Below are positions 38,571 to 53,120 of a stretch of DNA of 64,000 nt, piece after piece. The notes under the pieces were generated by a model, which saw only the letters and a list, made by a program, of their open reading frames with translations, was not told the origin of the DNA and did no database searches. Numbering within the stretch: the first letter of the stretch is position 1; the number at the start of each line of letters is the position of its first letter. The translations under genes were made by a program, and so were the position numbers. This stretch comes from Mobula hypostoma (taxonomy: Eukaryota), in NCBI RefSeq assembly GCF_963921235.1, contig NC_086108.1:89778001-89842000 (forward strand), written 5' to 3'.

Positions 38571-38824
38571 CAACGGAAAAAAACACTTATTAGAAACTGC
38601 ATCTAGACACTAGAATACCACAGCACAGTACAGGCCCTTCAGCCCTCGATGTTGTGCCGACCCATATATTCCTTAAATATATTCCATGCCAAGACCACTG
38701 CCCCACTCTGCTTCCACCTCCTTTCTTTTTATTGGCTCAATGACTCACTCCTGACAAGACTTGCAGGTTTCAAATGGCTTCCACCCTGCACGATCTCACT
38801 CTTACTCGCTACTTCAAACAATGG

Positions 38825-39155
38825 AGAAGATGTTGCCTATAGTGGGCCAGTCTTGGGACCAGAGGATGCAGCCTCAGAGGAGAGGGACATCCATTTAGAA
38901 CAGAGATGAAGAGGAATTTCTTTTGACAGAGGGTAGAGATTCAATGGAAGTTATTGCCATAGAGAGTTGCGGAGGCAAGTATTAATTATATAAAGTGGAG
39001 GTTGATAGGTTCTTGATTAGTCAGAGCGTCAAAGGTTACAGGGAGAAGGCGGGAGAATGGAATTGAGAGGAATAATAAATTAGCCATGATGGAATGGCAC
39101 AGCAGACTTGATAGGCCAAATGGTCTAATTATGCTGCTACATCTTAAGGTTTTAT
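38825..39155 (+). mobile_element. CR1 3' fragment
   Basis: Similar to 15340-15643 and 60690-61017. Confidence 0.75.
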
Positions 39156-39364
39156 AGCAGTGAGCCAAATGCAATGACTTCAGAAAAACACTCCACTCAG
39201 AAAACAAAAGGGGATAAAATAAGTTAATATTTCAATAAGAGGGCAATAAATGATTAGGAACACATACAAAATGCTTGTGTAACTCAGCAAGTCAAGGTAG
39301 CGTCATGGAGAGCTGAAGTTTCGTGTTGAGACCCTTCACCAGTTCTGGAAAGGAAAGGGGCACC

Positions 39365-40400
39365 TAGATCTTATACTTCCTGACCAACAAACTGCAATCA
39401 GTAAGGATGGGCAGCAACACATCCACTGTGATTATTTTCAGCATTGGTGCCCCACAACACTGTGTTCTCAGCTCCCTATACATTCATGACTTTGTGGCCA
39501 AATTCTGCTCTAACTCCATCTACAGTTTGCAGATGGTACCACCACAGTGGACTGTATTTCAAATAATGAGTCAATAGCATAGGTAAAAGACAGAGAGAAA
39601 GTGACATGGTGTCATAGAAACCACTTTTCCTTCAAAGTCAGCAAAACAAGAGTTGGTCATTGACTTCAGGAAGGGGGCATTACAAATGCTCCAGTCTATA
39701 TCAATATTACTGAGGCTGAGAGCTTCAACTTCCTCGGAATGATTACCAATTAGTGCCCTAGACCATGTCGTCACCCATGGCCAAGGATGTTAATCAGCAT
39801 CACGACCTCCTCAGGAGACTAAAGGAACTTAGCACATCCCCTCTGACATTCACCAATTTGTAATCAATGCACCATAGAAAGCATTCTGTTTGGTTGCATC
39901 ACAGTTTGGTATGGCAAATGCTCTGTCCATGACCACAATAAACTGTGAAGAGTTGTGGACACAACTCAACACAATCAGAGAAACTAGCATATCTTCCATG
40001 AACTCTGTCTACACTTCTCATTGCCTTAGAAAAGCAACCAGCAATCAAAGAATCCAACAACCCTGGATATTCCCTCTTCTCCCCCTCTCATTAGGCAGAA
40101 GATACAAGCACCTGAAAACACAGCACCAGGTTCAAGGACAGCTTCTTATAACAAGATCCTGCTGTTATGAGACTATCAAATGGTTTCCTAGTATGATAGA
40201 AATGGAGTGTTGACCCCAATCTTTGTTGTGACCTTGTACCTTATTGTAAATCCCCACTGCCTTTCTCTGTCACTGTCATACTTTATTCTGCTGTTTTCAT
40301 TTGAATTACCTCAATGCACTGTTGTAATGAATTGCTCTGTATAAATGATATGCAAGATTTTCACTGTACCTTGACACCTGTGACAATAATAAATCAATTT
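39365..40400 (+). mobile_element. Degraded Rex1/Babar-type LINE 3' half
   Basis: GGTGCCCCACAA...TGTGTTCTCAGC and TTTGCAGATG RT remnants, ACCATAGAAAGCATTCTG, tail GTGACAATAATAAA. Confidence 0.65.
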
Positions 40401-40707
40401 ACACCCAAGACCTGTGGATTGATAATTTAATTGTCCATTGAAACTGCATCTGATACATAGCAGGTCAGTGTAATTTAAGGGGAGTTAATGGGAATGGGAG
40501 AAGAACAAAAGTGGTATTAGTGTAAATGGGTGCTTGATAGTTCATTTGGGCTGATCATGCAAAAATGTAACGTGCATGGAAAAGTACGTAGCCAACCTGA
40601 TCTATGCAGGTGATTATGTCATACTAACAAGGAGGAAGTATTAAATTTTTGTGATATATTTAACTTAATTTTCTTCGTTTAATTTCCAGAAAAGACAATG
40701 AACTTAC

Positions 40708-40906
40708 CTTTCAATTCCTTTACAATTCTTTGGTTGATTCTATCCAATCTTCCTATTTTCTGATGGAAAGTGTCAGCATACTCATTCATTGCAGTGAATT
40801 CATCAGGTCTATTCTTAACACTCTTAACTGAGCTGGCAACAGCCCGAAATGTTTCTTCCATTTTACTGATGAATGCTGAACCAATCTTCTTTTGAGGGGC
40901 CAGGTC
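40708..40906 (-). CDS. SNX7: SNX7 exon 5 (DLAPQKKIGSAFISKMEETFRAVASSVKSVKNRPDEF...RIVKELK), linker and BAR start
   Basis: 199 nt within ORF 40679..40966. T-rich tract plus TGCAG acceptor, G|GTAAGT donor, ends in phase 1. Confidence 0.93.
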
Positions 40907-41769
40907 CTGCATTAAAAAAAATAAAAACAATTGAACAAACCAACAGGAAATAATTATATACTCCATACATAGAGAATAAATAAAGCAACAGAAAAATTAA
41001 GGGCACCGGAATCAGGTAGGATATTAAACTATAATGAAATCATTTTACCATTTTTGACCATGCAGAAGAACTTTGGCCTTAGAGTAATGTGTTTTGTTTT
41101 ACTCCCTCAGATGACAACTGTGGCATTTGAAAGGATCAACAGAAAGGAAGGCCAGAAATGAATTCTACTTAATACATCTAAGTTACTGAAATAGGTCCAA
41201 AGGAGAAAATCCAGGCAGAATTCTGAAGTGTTCCTGTACCCACAGTTGTGCATGTGGAAGACAGGTACACTGATTATATAGTGAACTCTGACTTCCAAAT
41301 ACCTTCTATGAAAGCAGAAACAATTCCCGAGTATGGCAGAATCACTTGGGATGAAAGTGGCAGAGTGTATTTCTAAACAGCATTGTCGCGATTTTCTGAA
41401 CTATTTAAGAATTCACAGGGATCAGAAAAATTTCCAAGTTTTAGATTCATTTTCTAGGTTGTGTTGTTGGTATAACTGGACATCTTACTAACCCAAAAAC
41501 TATTAACATTTCATTGAAGAGAAATTCATTGCAGAAGAGAAGTTTATGAATTCCAAACAGACCTCAAAAATAAACCAATGATTTTTAGAAACAATTGCAT
41601 TTGGTAGGTTATAATTCAAATATATGTCAAAATACACTATGAAAAAGTGCCCTTAACTGCACATTATTTATAATAACTGATAAAAATCTACATCCGTAAA
41701 TAAATCTGTTGAAGCACACAGGACAGTTCCCAGTTTTGTTATTATAATGGATAACTGAATAGATTTTAC

Positions 41770-41934
41770 ACCTGCCTGAACAGTTAGAAATAATTTGAAG
41801 TCTTCATTAAAAGACAGTGTAGGATGGTCAGCAATTCTGTTTAAAAATTTATGTAGTGCCTTCCGGCGCATTTCTATGAAATCTTCATTAAATCGTTCCA
41901 CTATCCCCCTTACTGCAAATTTCTCTGGCAACGT
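41770..41934 (-). CDS. SNX7: SNX7 exon 4 ([55 protein letters not shown])
   Basis: 165 nt within ORF 41668..41931. ACGTAG acceptor; the donor GGT|GTAAAA is required to keep phase 0 with the next exon. Confidence 0.93.
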
Positions 41935-43421
41935 CTACGTAAAAAGAGAAAATTAAAAATGGTTAGATTAGCGTAACAGTACCCAACAAAAATAAATTGC
42001 TACACCGTAAGGGTCCTATTTTAACACTTAATTCCATACTAATATAATAATTTCGAGGCAAACCTTACAGCTAAAAGCACCTTCTGTAAATGATTTTAAT
42101 TTATGGAAATGACTGCTATCTTAATAATAAAAAGAGCTGAAGTACAGTATATTTACTACAGAAAAGCTCTAAAATTAATAACTGGACATTCTTTTATTCA
42201 TTTTATATTTGCAATGATCTCAAATCCAATTTCAAATAGCATACTGATAATGACTGCCAAGGCACAAATGAATGATGGCCGCTTTCACCCATTGAACCAT
42301 TCTCTATAAACCACAACCAGCTAATTCTATGCCCTGAAAGTGAGAATTCGGGTACATTTTCTGAAAAGCTATCTGCCATACACATGCCAATAGATTTTTA
42401 TCATTATTATTATTATTATTATAGCAATCATGATCATGAAATGAGCAAACTCCAAGAATAACCAAAGGGTTATGCTTGATTGAAAGGCATAAAAATTGTA
42501 CAATTATACTTTTCATAGTTAAGAACTGTTATTTGTGATGGATTCCACCACAGTAAGGAGTGCAAATGACACATGACTCAAACAGTGAAGCAACTAGAGT
42601 AGAAATAAAGTTCATGCTCTACACAATAAAACTGACATGCTAAGCACTTTTTCTAACAACAAACCTGCTGGGCACTTCCATTGATGACAACTGTGGTATT
42701 AAGCTGGCTTTCCACTTCAGAATTCCTGCTTGTATTCAAGTATCACAAAACATTTCAATGTCAAAAAGATAAATACAGAGCAAATATGCAAAGAGCCTTA
42801 TACTTCTGACAAAACAGAACAAGGATTAAGGACCATGCTCCAAAAACTGCACATTCTATAATTTTTATTCTCGCACATTTTATTATCAAAAACCAAAAGC
42901 TCAACAGACAATTCTATTGTGCACAGACATAATAATCCACAAAATATTCTATATTTATCTGCTGCAGAAAACATGAAATGTAATGCTAATGCAGAAATAT
43001 CAAAATTAATATAGCAACCAAGGCTCCGTGTACTTCAGAGCTATGAGAAAAGTAATGCTCTGGAGAAATTGTGTGCATCTCTACTTACTTAGTGCTTTAT
43101 TGGTTCCATGACCATATGCCAAAGAATTTGTATAGATCAAATCTGACACCAGAGATTTAATTCTAGGACATAACCATAACAAAGCAGATCTACTGTAAAT
43201 ATGGAAGTGACCCCGTGGACCTGATTGAAGAAACTAGGCTGTTAAATCAATCCGATTGCTCTCATGTTCAAGAATACACATAGCTCAACTAGGATAGACA
43301 AAAGATAAACCATACCAACATGTGATCAAAGATGAGATTTTAATATCAAGGAAATATTTAGGAAGACATTTAAATATAGACTTAAATACAGCAGAAAAGT
43401 TCTCAAAAATGATTCACTTAC

Positions 43422-43532
43422 AGGAAGAATCAAAGTAGAATGTGCTTGCTCAAGTTGGTCTTTTAGCCAAAAGAAATCTTGATAACGTCTACGAACTTCA
43501 TACTCACTGGAGTCAAATTCACTGCGTGTAGT
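43422..43532 (-). CDS. SNX7: SNX7 exon 3 (TTRSEFDSSEYEVRRRYQDFFWLKDQLEQAHSTLILP), PX domain
   Basis: 111 nt, TTTATAG acceptor and GTAAGT donor. Contains the PX RRYxDF motif. Translated by hand; too short for the ORF track. Confidence 0.95.
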
Positions 43533-45349
43533 CTATAAACAAACAGGGTTAAATACATAGAGCATCAGTACAGGTCATCTTGAAGCAGTAAAATACAAAC
43601 ACTATACATTGTAGAATATAATTGTTAGGTGACATAACGGATATCCACATTTGCTTTTGTTTTAACAGCTGCATCTATTATGAAGGGACAGTCATGGTTT
43701 ACGATAATAACATCATGCCTATCAAAATGCCAAGCACCCAAATATGAATGATAAATTAGGAAATTCCATTAAAATTGCTTTAGCTTAGAACTGTACTGAC
43801 TCAAATTTGTTATACTGTACATTTCATTTTAGATACATGATATATAATACATGACTAGGATTCTTGTTAATACTAATGAGATAATGTCTACTGGTGTCAT
43901 TAAATTAATGAACCAGATGAAGAGTAAGATAAAATTTAAGGATGTGGACCAATCTCACTCAGAACCTTAAGAATAGGAAAATAAATGATTCACACCAGGT
44001 GCATTTTTTTAAGGATAAATGGTGGAACTGACTTCCTAAAAGTGACGGCAATAAATGCAAACATTTATTGACATTCTCTGCCTTGGCATAGATACTCCAT
44101 TCATTCAACATGCTAATAGAATCAAGGAAGATGGCAATAGTGCTGAAGTGGATGACCAACCAAAATCTTCATGAACTGGCTGGCCCATTCCTGTTGTTTT
44201 TGTAGGTTGTACCCATTATAGAGAAGAGTTTAAAGTATCCTGTAAAATGTAATGTAAATTAAGCATGTGCATGGAATTCAGTATGAATTCCAGTTGGGAT
44301 TTAAGATACTAAGATAAATACCATGTTGGAGGATAAGATTTTAAGGTGGATAGATGCTTAGTTAACAGGAAACTGAAAGTAAACATTAATGAATTTATTT
44401 TCTGGTTGACAAGATTTAATGAAGGGTATGTGTGTGGTGTCAGTATTGGCAGAATTAAAGGTATTTGCTGATTACAACGTTTGTAGCCTTTTTATATATT
44501 CACAACTTATTTTCTACCAAATATATGGATAGGTTAAACTGGCCAAAAAAAAAAGTAAAATTGCCCATCTTGGCAGAAAATTTAAAATACATTATTCTAA
44601 TGGCGAGAGATTGCTGAGCCTAGAAATGGAACAAGACCTGTGCCCCTACTACTTAATTTGTAAAAGGTTAGTGTCCAGGCAAAACAATTAAGAAAGCTAA
44701 CAATATAGTTATTTATTGCTAGAGGAAATGAACAGATATATTCAATTGTACAAAGCATTAGTGAGATTACTTATACTTATTAGTTTCCCTCAGTAAAGGG
44801 ATACCATCTTTGCTGCATCTACCATGTTAAGGCCTTTAAAATTTTCAGTGAGAACTCTTCTAATTCTTTTCAACTCTTTGGAATGCAGATCGAGTCTATT
44901 CATTCTTTGCTCATGTGTGGCTAGTACCTAGCTAAAGAATCTTCATTACGGTGCCTCTACTGGAATTATATCCTTCCTTAACTAAGAGGCCAAACTGTGC
45001 ACAATACTATATCACAACAAGGACCTATAAAGATGTCTCATTTGAGGGCTTTACTCCTGTAATCAGACCCGCAAACAATCTATGACAGCCAATCTGTGCA
45101 TATGTGCTTTATCTTACAACTAGATTCCGAAGAGACCAAGCTTTTCTTCTCACTTTCTCTCTGCAAAGCAGATATTAAGAAATCACTTCTGGGTGATTCC
45201 AGAAAATCCTACTACTTCCAGGAGCACCTTGGGAACAGTGACCTTGAGCAGTGCAGCTCAGTGGATACGATTAAATACTCCTGGTTCCTCCTGATAAAGC
45301 TGAGAAGTACATCTGCTTCCAAGGTCTGTACAAGTAACAAAAATGTCTT

Positions 45350-48153
45350 TATGCAACTGAACAATGTATTGCTATTTAAAACCGACAGAAACAATGTCGA
45401 ATGTGGCCATATTCCTCATCAGAATCCTCGGAGAAAACGTGGCTGCCGATCAGGGATACAGGTGCGTTTTCAACTTGAATACTGACTACCTTACTAAGAA
45501 ACATACAGTCTCCAGTAAATAAAATTGAAGACCTCAGAGCTAGGGTGTGCTGTATCAGAGGGACTTGTGTCCTTTGTTTCACAGAATCCTGGTTAACCAC
45601 TTCTATACCAAACACAACAATTCAGATTCACATGTTTACTATACACCATCAGGATAAGACAGTCGAGTCTCTCGAAAGCAGAGGTGGAGGTATATGCCTC
45701 AAGATGAACTCGTCTTGGTGCACTAATATATCAGAGACACCCCACTTCTGCTCACCAGACCTGGAACATCTCGCAATTAAGTACCGCCTATTTTACCTGC
45801 CGCGGGAGATTTCTATGATCATTTTGGTAGCGGTGTTCATTCCACCTCAGGCCAATGTCATACAGGCTCTGGATGATCTAAGCAATAGGATCAACATGCA
45901 CGAAGCAGCACAACCTGACGCCTTCACCATCGATTTTGGAGGGGGGGTTACCCAGTCCAGTTTGAAAAGGTCACTAAATAATTACTATCAACAAATCACT
46001 TGTAGTACCAGAGGGAACAACACACTGGACTGCTACACTAAGATTAACAGTGCTTACCATGCTATTTCATGCCCACATTTCGCAAAGTCTGATATCCTGG
46101 CTGTAGTACTACTCTCCGAGTACAGGCAGAGACTGAAAACCGCCGCATCAGTAGTGAGGAACAAGGAGGTATGGACAAGGGAAGTACTGGTGCGCTTACA
46201 GGACTGCTTTGAATCGGTGAACTGGACTGTGTTCGGGAATTCATCTTCAAATCTGGATGAGTATGCCACAGTTACTACCAACTTCATTAAAATCTGTGTG
46301 GATGAGTATTTGCCTACGAAATCTTGCTGTACATTCCCAAACCAAAAGCTGTGGATGAACAAGGAAGTTCGTCATCTGCTGAGGGCTAGATCTGTGGCAC
46401 TTAAGTCTGGTGACCCAGGTCTACACAAGAAAAACAGGTATGACTCGGAAGGCTATTTCAACAGCGAGGAAGCAATACCAAGTGAGGTTGGAGGTGACAT
46501 CGGATGCACGGTAGGGTTTGCAGGCCATTACTTTCTATAAAGCTAAACCCATTAGCATGAATGGCAGAGATGCTTCCCTACCAGATGAGTTGAATGCCTT
46601 CTAAGCCCACTTTGAAAGAGAAAAAATAACTACAGCTCCGAAGATCCCTGCTGTTCCCAGTGACCCTGTGATCTCTATCTCGGAGGCCGATGTCAGGCTG
46701 TCTTTAAGGAGGATAAACCCTCGCAAGGCGGGAGGTCTCGATGGAGTACCTGGTAAGGCTTCAAAATCTTGTGCCAACCAACTGGCAGGAGTATTCAAGC
46801 ATATTTTCAACTGCTAACTGCTACGGTCAGAAGTTCCCACCTGGTTCAAAAAGACAACAATTATCCCAGTACCTTAACGACCATCGCTCAGTAGCACTCA
46901 TATCTATGGTGATGAAATGATTTGAGAGGTTGGTCATGGCTAGAATTAACTCTTGCCTCAGCAAGGACCTGGATCCACTGCAATTTGCCTACTGCTACAA
47001 TACAAACACCTATGTCAGGATGCTGGTCATAGCTAGTGTTTAACACAATCATTCTCACAGTCCTAACTGATAAACTACAGAACCTGGGCTTCTGTGCCAC
47101 CCTCTGCAATTGGATCCTCAACTTCCTAACCAGAAGACCACAATCTGTGCAGATTGCTGATATCTCCTCGCTGACTCTAGCACACCTCAGGGGGGTGTGC
47201 TTAGCCAACTGCTCTCCTCCCTCTATACCCATAACTGTGTGGCTCGGTATAGCTTAAATACCATCACTAAATTTGCCGATGATACAACCATTGCTGGTAG
47301 GATCTCAGCTGAAGATGAGAAAGCGTACAGGAACTAATACTAGTGTACCAGCTAGTTGAGCGGTGTCGCAGCAACAACCTTGTATTCAATGACAGCAAGA
47401 CAAAAGAGCTGACTGTAGACTTCATGGAAGGTAAAACGACAGAACATGAACTAATTCTCAGAGCGATCAGGAGTGCAGTGAGTGAGCAATTTCAGGATCC
47501 TGGGTATCAAGATCTCTGAGGATCTAATATGGTTCCAACAAATTGATGCAGCCATACAGAAATCAAGACAGAGGCTATACCTCATTAGGAGTTTGTGGAG
47601 ATTTGGTTTGTCAACTAAAACATTTGAAAACTTCTATAGATGTAACTTGGAGCATTCTGACAGGCTGCATCACTGTCTGATATGGGGGTGGGGGGATACA
47701 GCACAGGACTGAAAGAAGCTACAGGAAGTTGTAAAGTGAATCAGCTCCATCTTGAGTACTAGCCTCAGCAGTATCCAAGACATCTTCAAGGAGTGGTGCC
47801 TGAGAAAGGCAGCATCCATTATTAAAGACCTCCATTACGCAGGACATGCCCCTTTCTCATTGTTAACGTCAGGAAGGAAGTACAGAAACCTGAAAGCACA
47901 CACTCAACGATTGAGGACAGCTTCTTCCCCTCTGCCACATGATTCCTAAATGGATATTGAACCCATGAACACTACCTCACTATTTAAAAAAATATATTAT
48001 TTCATTTTGTACTATTTTTAATATACATATATACTTAATGAAATTGATTAACTTACTTACTTTTTCATTTCTATATTATCATGTATTGCATTATACTGCT
48101 GCTAAGTTAAGAAATTTCATGACACATGCAGGTGATAATAAATCTGATTCTGA
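45350..48153 (+). mobile_element. Near full-length but degraded Rex1/Babar LINE
   Basis: PRRKRGCRSG N-terminal motif; endonuclease ORF 45545..46540 (LCFTESWL, RGGGICL, TRGNNTLD); RT remnants (LDPLQFAY, KFADDT); tail AATAAATCTGATTCTGAT. Confidence 0.88.
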
Positions 48154-48697
48154 TCAAATTGAAATTTATTGTCATTTCAACTGCATACATGTATACTGCC
48201 AAATGAAACAAGATTTCTCCAGATTAAGGTGCACAACACAGTATGCGTAACTCACACAACCCAAAGTAATATTACAAATAAATTAATAATAGATGTATTT
48301 ACATCACAAGTTAAGAAGTGAACAGTATAATACTACTGGCGCTTCATATGTGGTGAAAAGTAGTACTCTCACACCTCTTCATTAAGAACTCAGACATTTA
48401 TCAATCGCGTATCCTTTCAGAATTCAATTATCAACACATTTTGCACATTGTCAACAACCCTAAGCTCTCAAACTGATAAATGCAAAAACTTGTATCCATT
48501 TGTTGTTTTTTTTTTAATTACAGCTCTAAATTGCTGATCCTTTTTTTTGGACCAAAGCCCAATCCCAGACCTGAGATACATCACCTCAGAGTCTACCCTG
48601 AGAAACGCTATCAGTATTTCTATGCTTCAATATGACCGCTCATTCTTCCAAACTCTAAAAAGCTCTAGACACAACCTGTTTAATCTCTCCACCAGGA

Positions 48698-49608
48698 CAG
48701 GAGTGGCAAGCCTATGACACCCACAAAAAATTTTGTTGGCACACAGCAGGCTGTACTGCCTCTCGATCCTTTCGCCCTTAAAATTATGTAATGATTATGT
48801 TTACTACCAAATGAAGCAGCAAATGATTCTTTAAAACAACCCAAGAGCAGTGAGATGTTTTCACAGGAAGTACCTCATGCTGGCTTATCAACAGCTAGAC
48901 AGTTGCAATAACACATAACATTAGATGGTATGTTGTGAAATCCTCAGTGCTGGCATACAGCATCGGTATTTTGATAGAAAACAGTCGGGCCAGTTGGCAT
49001 TGGCTTCACTCTGCTTATACTTTTTCTTGTTGTTTGTGAGTGAACACTGGATATTCAGTGATAATAACAGTAAATACCGTATGCAGTAGAGCTCCTCTAT
49101 GAATATTCACGTCAGTCATTGTTTTCAGTGATGAACTTGGTCAAGTCTAATTATAGGAGTAGACTTACCAATGAAATGCGCATTACTCTCATTCAAACAC
49201 AAGCCAGATACAAAATATTTGTCATCGTTAGTGCAACAACATCACTAAGAGCAAAGTGTTTATTTACCTTACCCTGATCTTTCATAAATATGCACCAAAC
49301 ATTGATATTTCAAATATTATGAGGTACATTAAGATACTATTTATGTAATGATGTTACCTTCAATTGGCTTTTCAAAAGATTAATAACCTTCTTTGGACAG
49401 GATTTCTAAAATGCTTCATTTATTTCAATGTCTGTTACACATAAATAAGTAACAGGACTCAACCTTTTCTTTCATAAGTTCATAATTATTGTTACTAATT
49501 TATTAATTAATGATAATCTCTGTTCAAAATTACGAAGGCCGTAAGAGAATGTTTCAGAAAGTCATTGCCAATTAGGACACCCACTTTCAAAAAAGGTCGG
49601 CACTCCTG
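48698..49608. mobile_element. Non-autonomous hAT-like DNA transposon
   Basis: Ends CAGGAGTGGCAAGCCT and AGGTCGGCACTCCTG form an imperfect TIR. The 8-bp flanks CACCAGGA and TCCCAGGA match at 6 of 8 positions. Confidence 0.6.
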
Positions 49609-51132
49609 TCCCAGGATAATCAACAAACATTTCATTCCATCCCAGGAAACAAACTGGTGAACCTTCACTGAAATCATTTTATTATGTATACTCTTAATTT
49701 CAACTGCAGGCCCTTTATTACTGTTTTTCTAGATCTCTGTACAAGAATCTAATTATGAATTGAGTAGCACAATCTAGGTGACTCAGATGAATTTAATATT
49801 TCTCAAACAATCCTTCAATTCAAAATGATTAATATAATCCGTAATTTGTTACAATGAAGATTCTCAGAATATTCTTGCACTTGTTACCCAAGTAATCTAG
49901 ACTAATAAAAAAATCATCCTCAGCACCTCCATTCACTCCGTCATTAAGGCTGAAATTTGAACTTTGAAACTGTATTTGGAAGTTGTTGATAGTCACTGTT
50001 TCTTGAACAGCTAGAGTCCATGAACATATTGCTATGCTCTAAATTCCATTACAGGCTGACTCATTACTCCAGCATCTAGATCAACAGCACCAGATTACCT
50101 CATCTTTATTCAGCAATAGAAAATTAAACTATTTGCATTTATCTTCATTCTTCCAACTTATTCCCATTTTTGATCAAAATTTCTAGTTGGCATATCTCAA
50201 TGACAGCTTTTTATTTTGTCTACTTTGCCTACTGTTTTGACAGTTCTATCCTATAAATTAGGGGGGAAAAAAATCAATATTAAAATTCCATTGTTTTACT
50301 CAACCAGATTGCACAATTCATTTTTATTCCACAATCAGATTCTGAAAATAAATTTCAATTGCAGATTTTCACTATAAAGGCAATGCTCTGGGTTGCTCAG
50401 GACAAATTGGCCAAAAATTTAAATCATAAATACTCTCCCCATTTTGATATGCAACAAAATCATTTACCTAGATTAACTATTTTATTTGGCAATTCTTTCC
50501 CAGAGTTTGATTTCAGTATTTGCACAACACCTTACTAGCAATTTTCAAACTATTTTAATATTTACATGTAACAGCTTTTAATTGCTTTCAGAAGTCTCAA
50601 CTGTAATGCAGTTGGTTCATGTTCTTTATCAAGCGGAAAATATCTACTTTTGAGAATACAGAATTTTCATGATGATTCGGTATCAGTGGCGTAGATTAAG
50701 TGGACAGCTAGAGACTTTTGCCTAGGGCAGAAATGGCTCATATAAGAGGCCATAATTTTAAGGTGATTGGAAGAAAGTATAGGGGAATGTCAGATGCAAG
50801 TTCTTCACACAGAGGTGAGTGTGCAGAATGCCCTGCCAGCAGTGGTGGTAGTAGCAGATACATTAGGGGCATTTAAGAAACTCTTAGATAGGCACATGAA
50901 TTATAGAAAAATAGAGGGCTACATAGGAGGGAAGAGTTCGACTGATCATGGCGTAGGCTGATCGCACAACATTGTGGGCCAAAGACCTGTAGTGTTCTAT
51001 AATGATTTATATTCTATATTTCCAAAACAGTAGGAGTTACTGCGCATCTTTTCAGGTCCTGACATAAGGCATTTTTCAAAGTTTGTCAACCTTCAGTAGA
51101 AATAATTAAAACTTAAGTTTTACTCACATAAA

Positions 51133-51695
51133 GTATTGTGTGCAGTTTTGGTCCCCTAATCTGAGGAAAGACATCTTTGCCATAGAGGGAGTACAAAGAA
51201 GGTTCACCAGATTGATTCCTGGGATGGCAGGTCTTTCATATGAAGAAAGACTGGATGAACTGGGCTTGTACTCGTTGGAATTTAGAAGATTGAGGGGGGA
51301 TCTGATTGAAACGTATAAGATCCTAAAGGGATTGGACAGGCTAGATGCAGGAAGATTGTTCCCGATGTTGGGGAGGTCTAGAACGAGGGGTCACAGTTTG
51401 AGGATAGAGGGGAAGCCTTTTAGGACCGAGGTTAGGAAAAACTTCTTCACACAGAGAGTGGTGAATCTGTGGAATTCTCTGCCACAGCAAACTGTTGAGG
51501 CCAGTTCATTAGCTATGTTTAAAAGGAAGTTAGATATGGCCCTTGTGGCTACAGGGGTCAGGGGGTATGGAGGGAAGGCTGGGTTCTGAGTTGGATGATC
51601 AGCCATGATCATAATAAATGGCGGTGCAGGCTCGAAGGGCCGAATGGCCTACTCCTGCACCTATTTTCTATGTTTCTATGTTTCTATGTTTCTAT
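51133..51695 (+). mobile_element. Young CR1 3' fragment
   Basis: Uninterrupted ORF 51140..51589 (QFWSPNLRKDI...FFTQRVVNLWNSLP); (TTTCTATG)n tail. Confidence 0.93.
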
Positions 51696-51761
51696 AAACT
51701 TGCAATGATAATTGTACACATTTTCATTTAGCCAAAGTTCAAAGTAAAGTTATTATCAAAG

Positions 51762-51770
<9 letters not shown>

Positions 51771-51804
<34 letters not shown>
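51771..51804. repeat. (CA)n microsatellite
   Basis: Directly visible run of about 17 CA units. Confidence 0.95.
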
Positions 51805-51807
<3 letters not shown>

Positions 51808-53120
51808 GTGCCTAAGATTTCTGCACTGTTCTTTAGTAATTTTATGTATTGCAGTATAATTGTGGACTGAGAGTAAGAAGGAGGTAGGGAGAGGGGATCA
51901 TGGTTGGAAAAAGGGAAAGGCGGGGGGGGGATAGGAAGCATCAGAGAGACATTCTGTAATGAACAATAAACCAAATGTTTGAAATCAAATGACCTTGCCC
52001 TGTGTCTCAGGACTAGGTATGTCTGCATCCACACCATCTTGGCAAATCTTCCTTTGCCACCTGTCCCATACCCCTCCTGCACTCCACCCTCACCATTCCC
52101 AACATCCTTGGATCTCCCTGATTTACAAATTTGCTCTCCACTCCATGTTGACAAACATAGTACTGTGTAAAAGTCTCAGGCACCTTAGCTATATATATAT
52201 ATATGCGCCCAAGACTTTTGCACAGGATTGTACATGTCACCACACACAACCCTGAGATTCACTTTCTTGAGGGCATACTCAGTAAATCCACAAAACATTA
52301 CAGAATCACTGAAAAACTGCACCCATCGGGTGGACAAGCAACCAATGGGCAAAAGACAAGTCGTGCAAGTACAAAAGAGAAAAAAATCATGAATAAGCAA
52401 TAAATATCAAGAACATGAGATGAAGAGTCCTTGAAAGTGAATCTATAGGTTGTGGGAACAGTTCATTGATGGAGCAAGTGCAGTTATTTATTTATTTTAG
52501 ATACAGCGTGGACAGGCCCTTCTGACCTTCCAAACCGCGCCATGCAGCAACCCCCTATTTAACCCACGCCTAATCATGGGACAAGTTACAATGACCAATT
52601 ATCCTACCACCCGGTATAGAATGATGTTATCCCTACTGGTTCACAGTCCTGAGGCTCCTGTACCTTCTCTCTGAGCAGCGAAAAGACAGCATGGCCTGGA
52701 TGGTGGAGGTATATGCTCAACCTGGTAAAAATTTGTTCTTTAGGTTCTAATTTCAAATTCGCCCTCACAAGGCATCTGAAAACCCTGACTGCTTACTAAT
52801 AACCAAAAATAAAACATCAGGTGCTTTTGGATATGGGAGAGATCAGATACACCAGAGTAAAAGCAATGCACAAACTCCATACAAACAGAACAAAGCAGTA
52901 CTTAGGACAGGAACTGAATGGAAGAACCTGAGCCAGTGACTCTGTTAGCTGCACTTCTAATTCCTGAGCAGCCATAAGTTACTGCAGATGAAACCAGCAA
53001 GTCTTTAACCAAACGCTTAAAGAATTTGATAGTAGCCATATCAGAAGTAACTGTACCCCTTCCTAACATTATTATTTATTCTAAAGACGTTATTGCCTCA
53101 AATCAGATACTGATTTCTAT

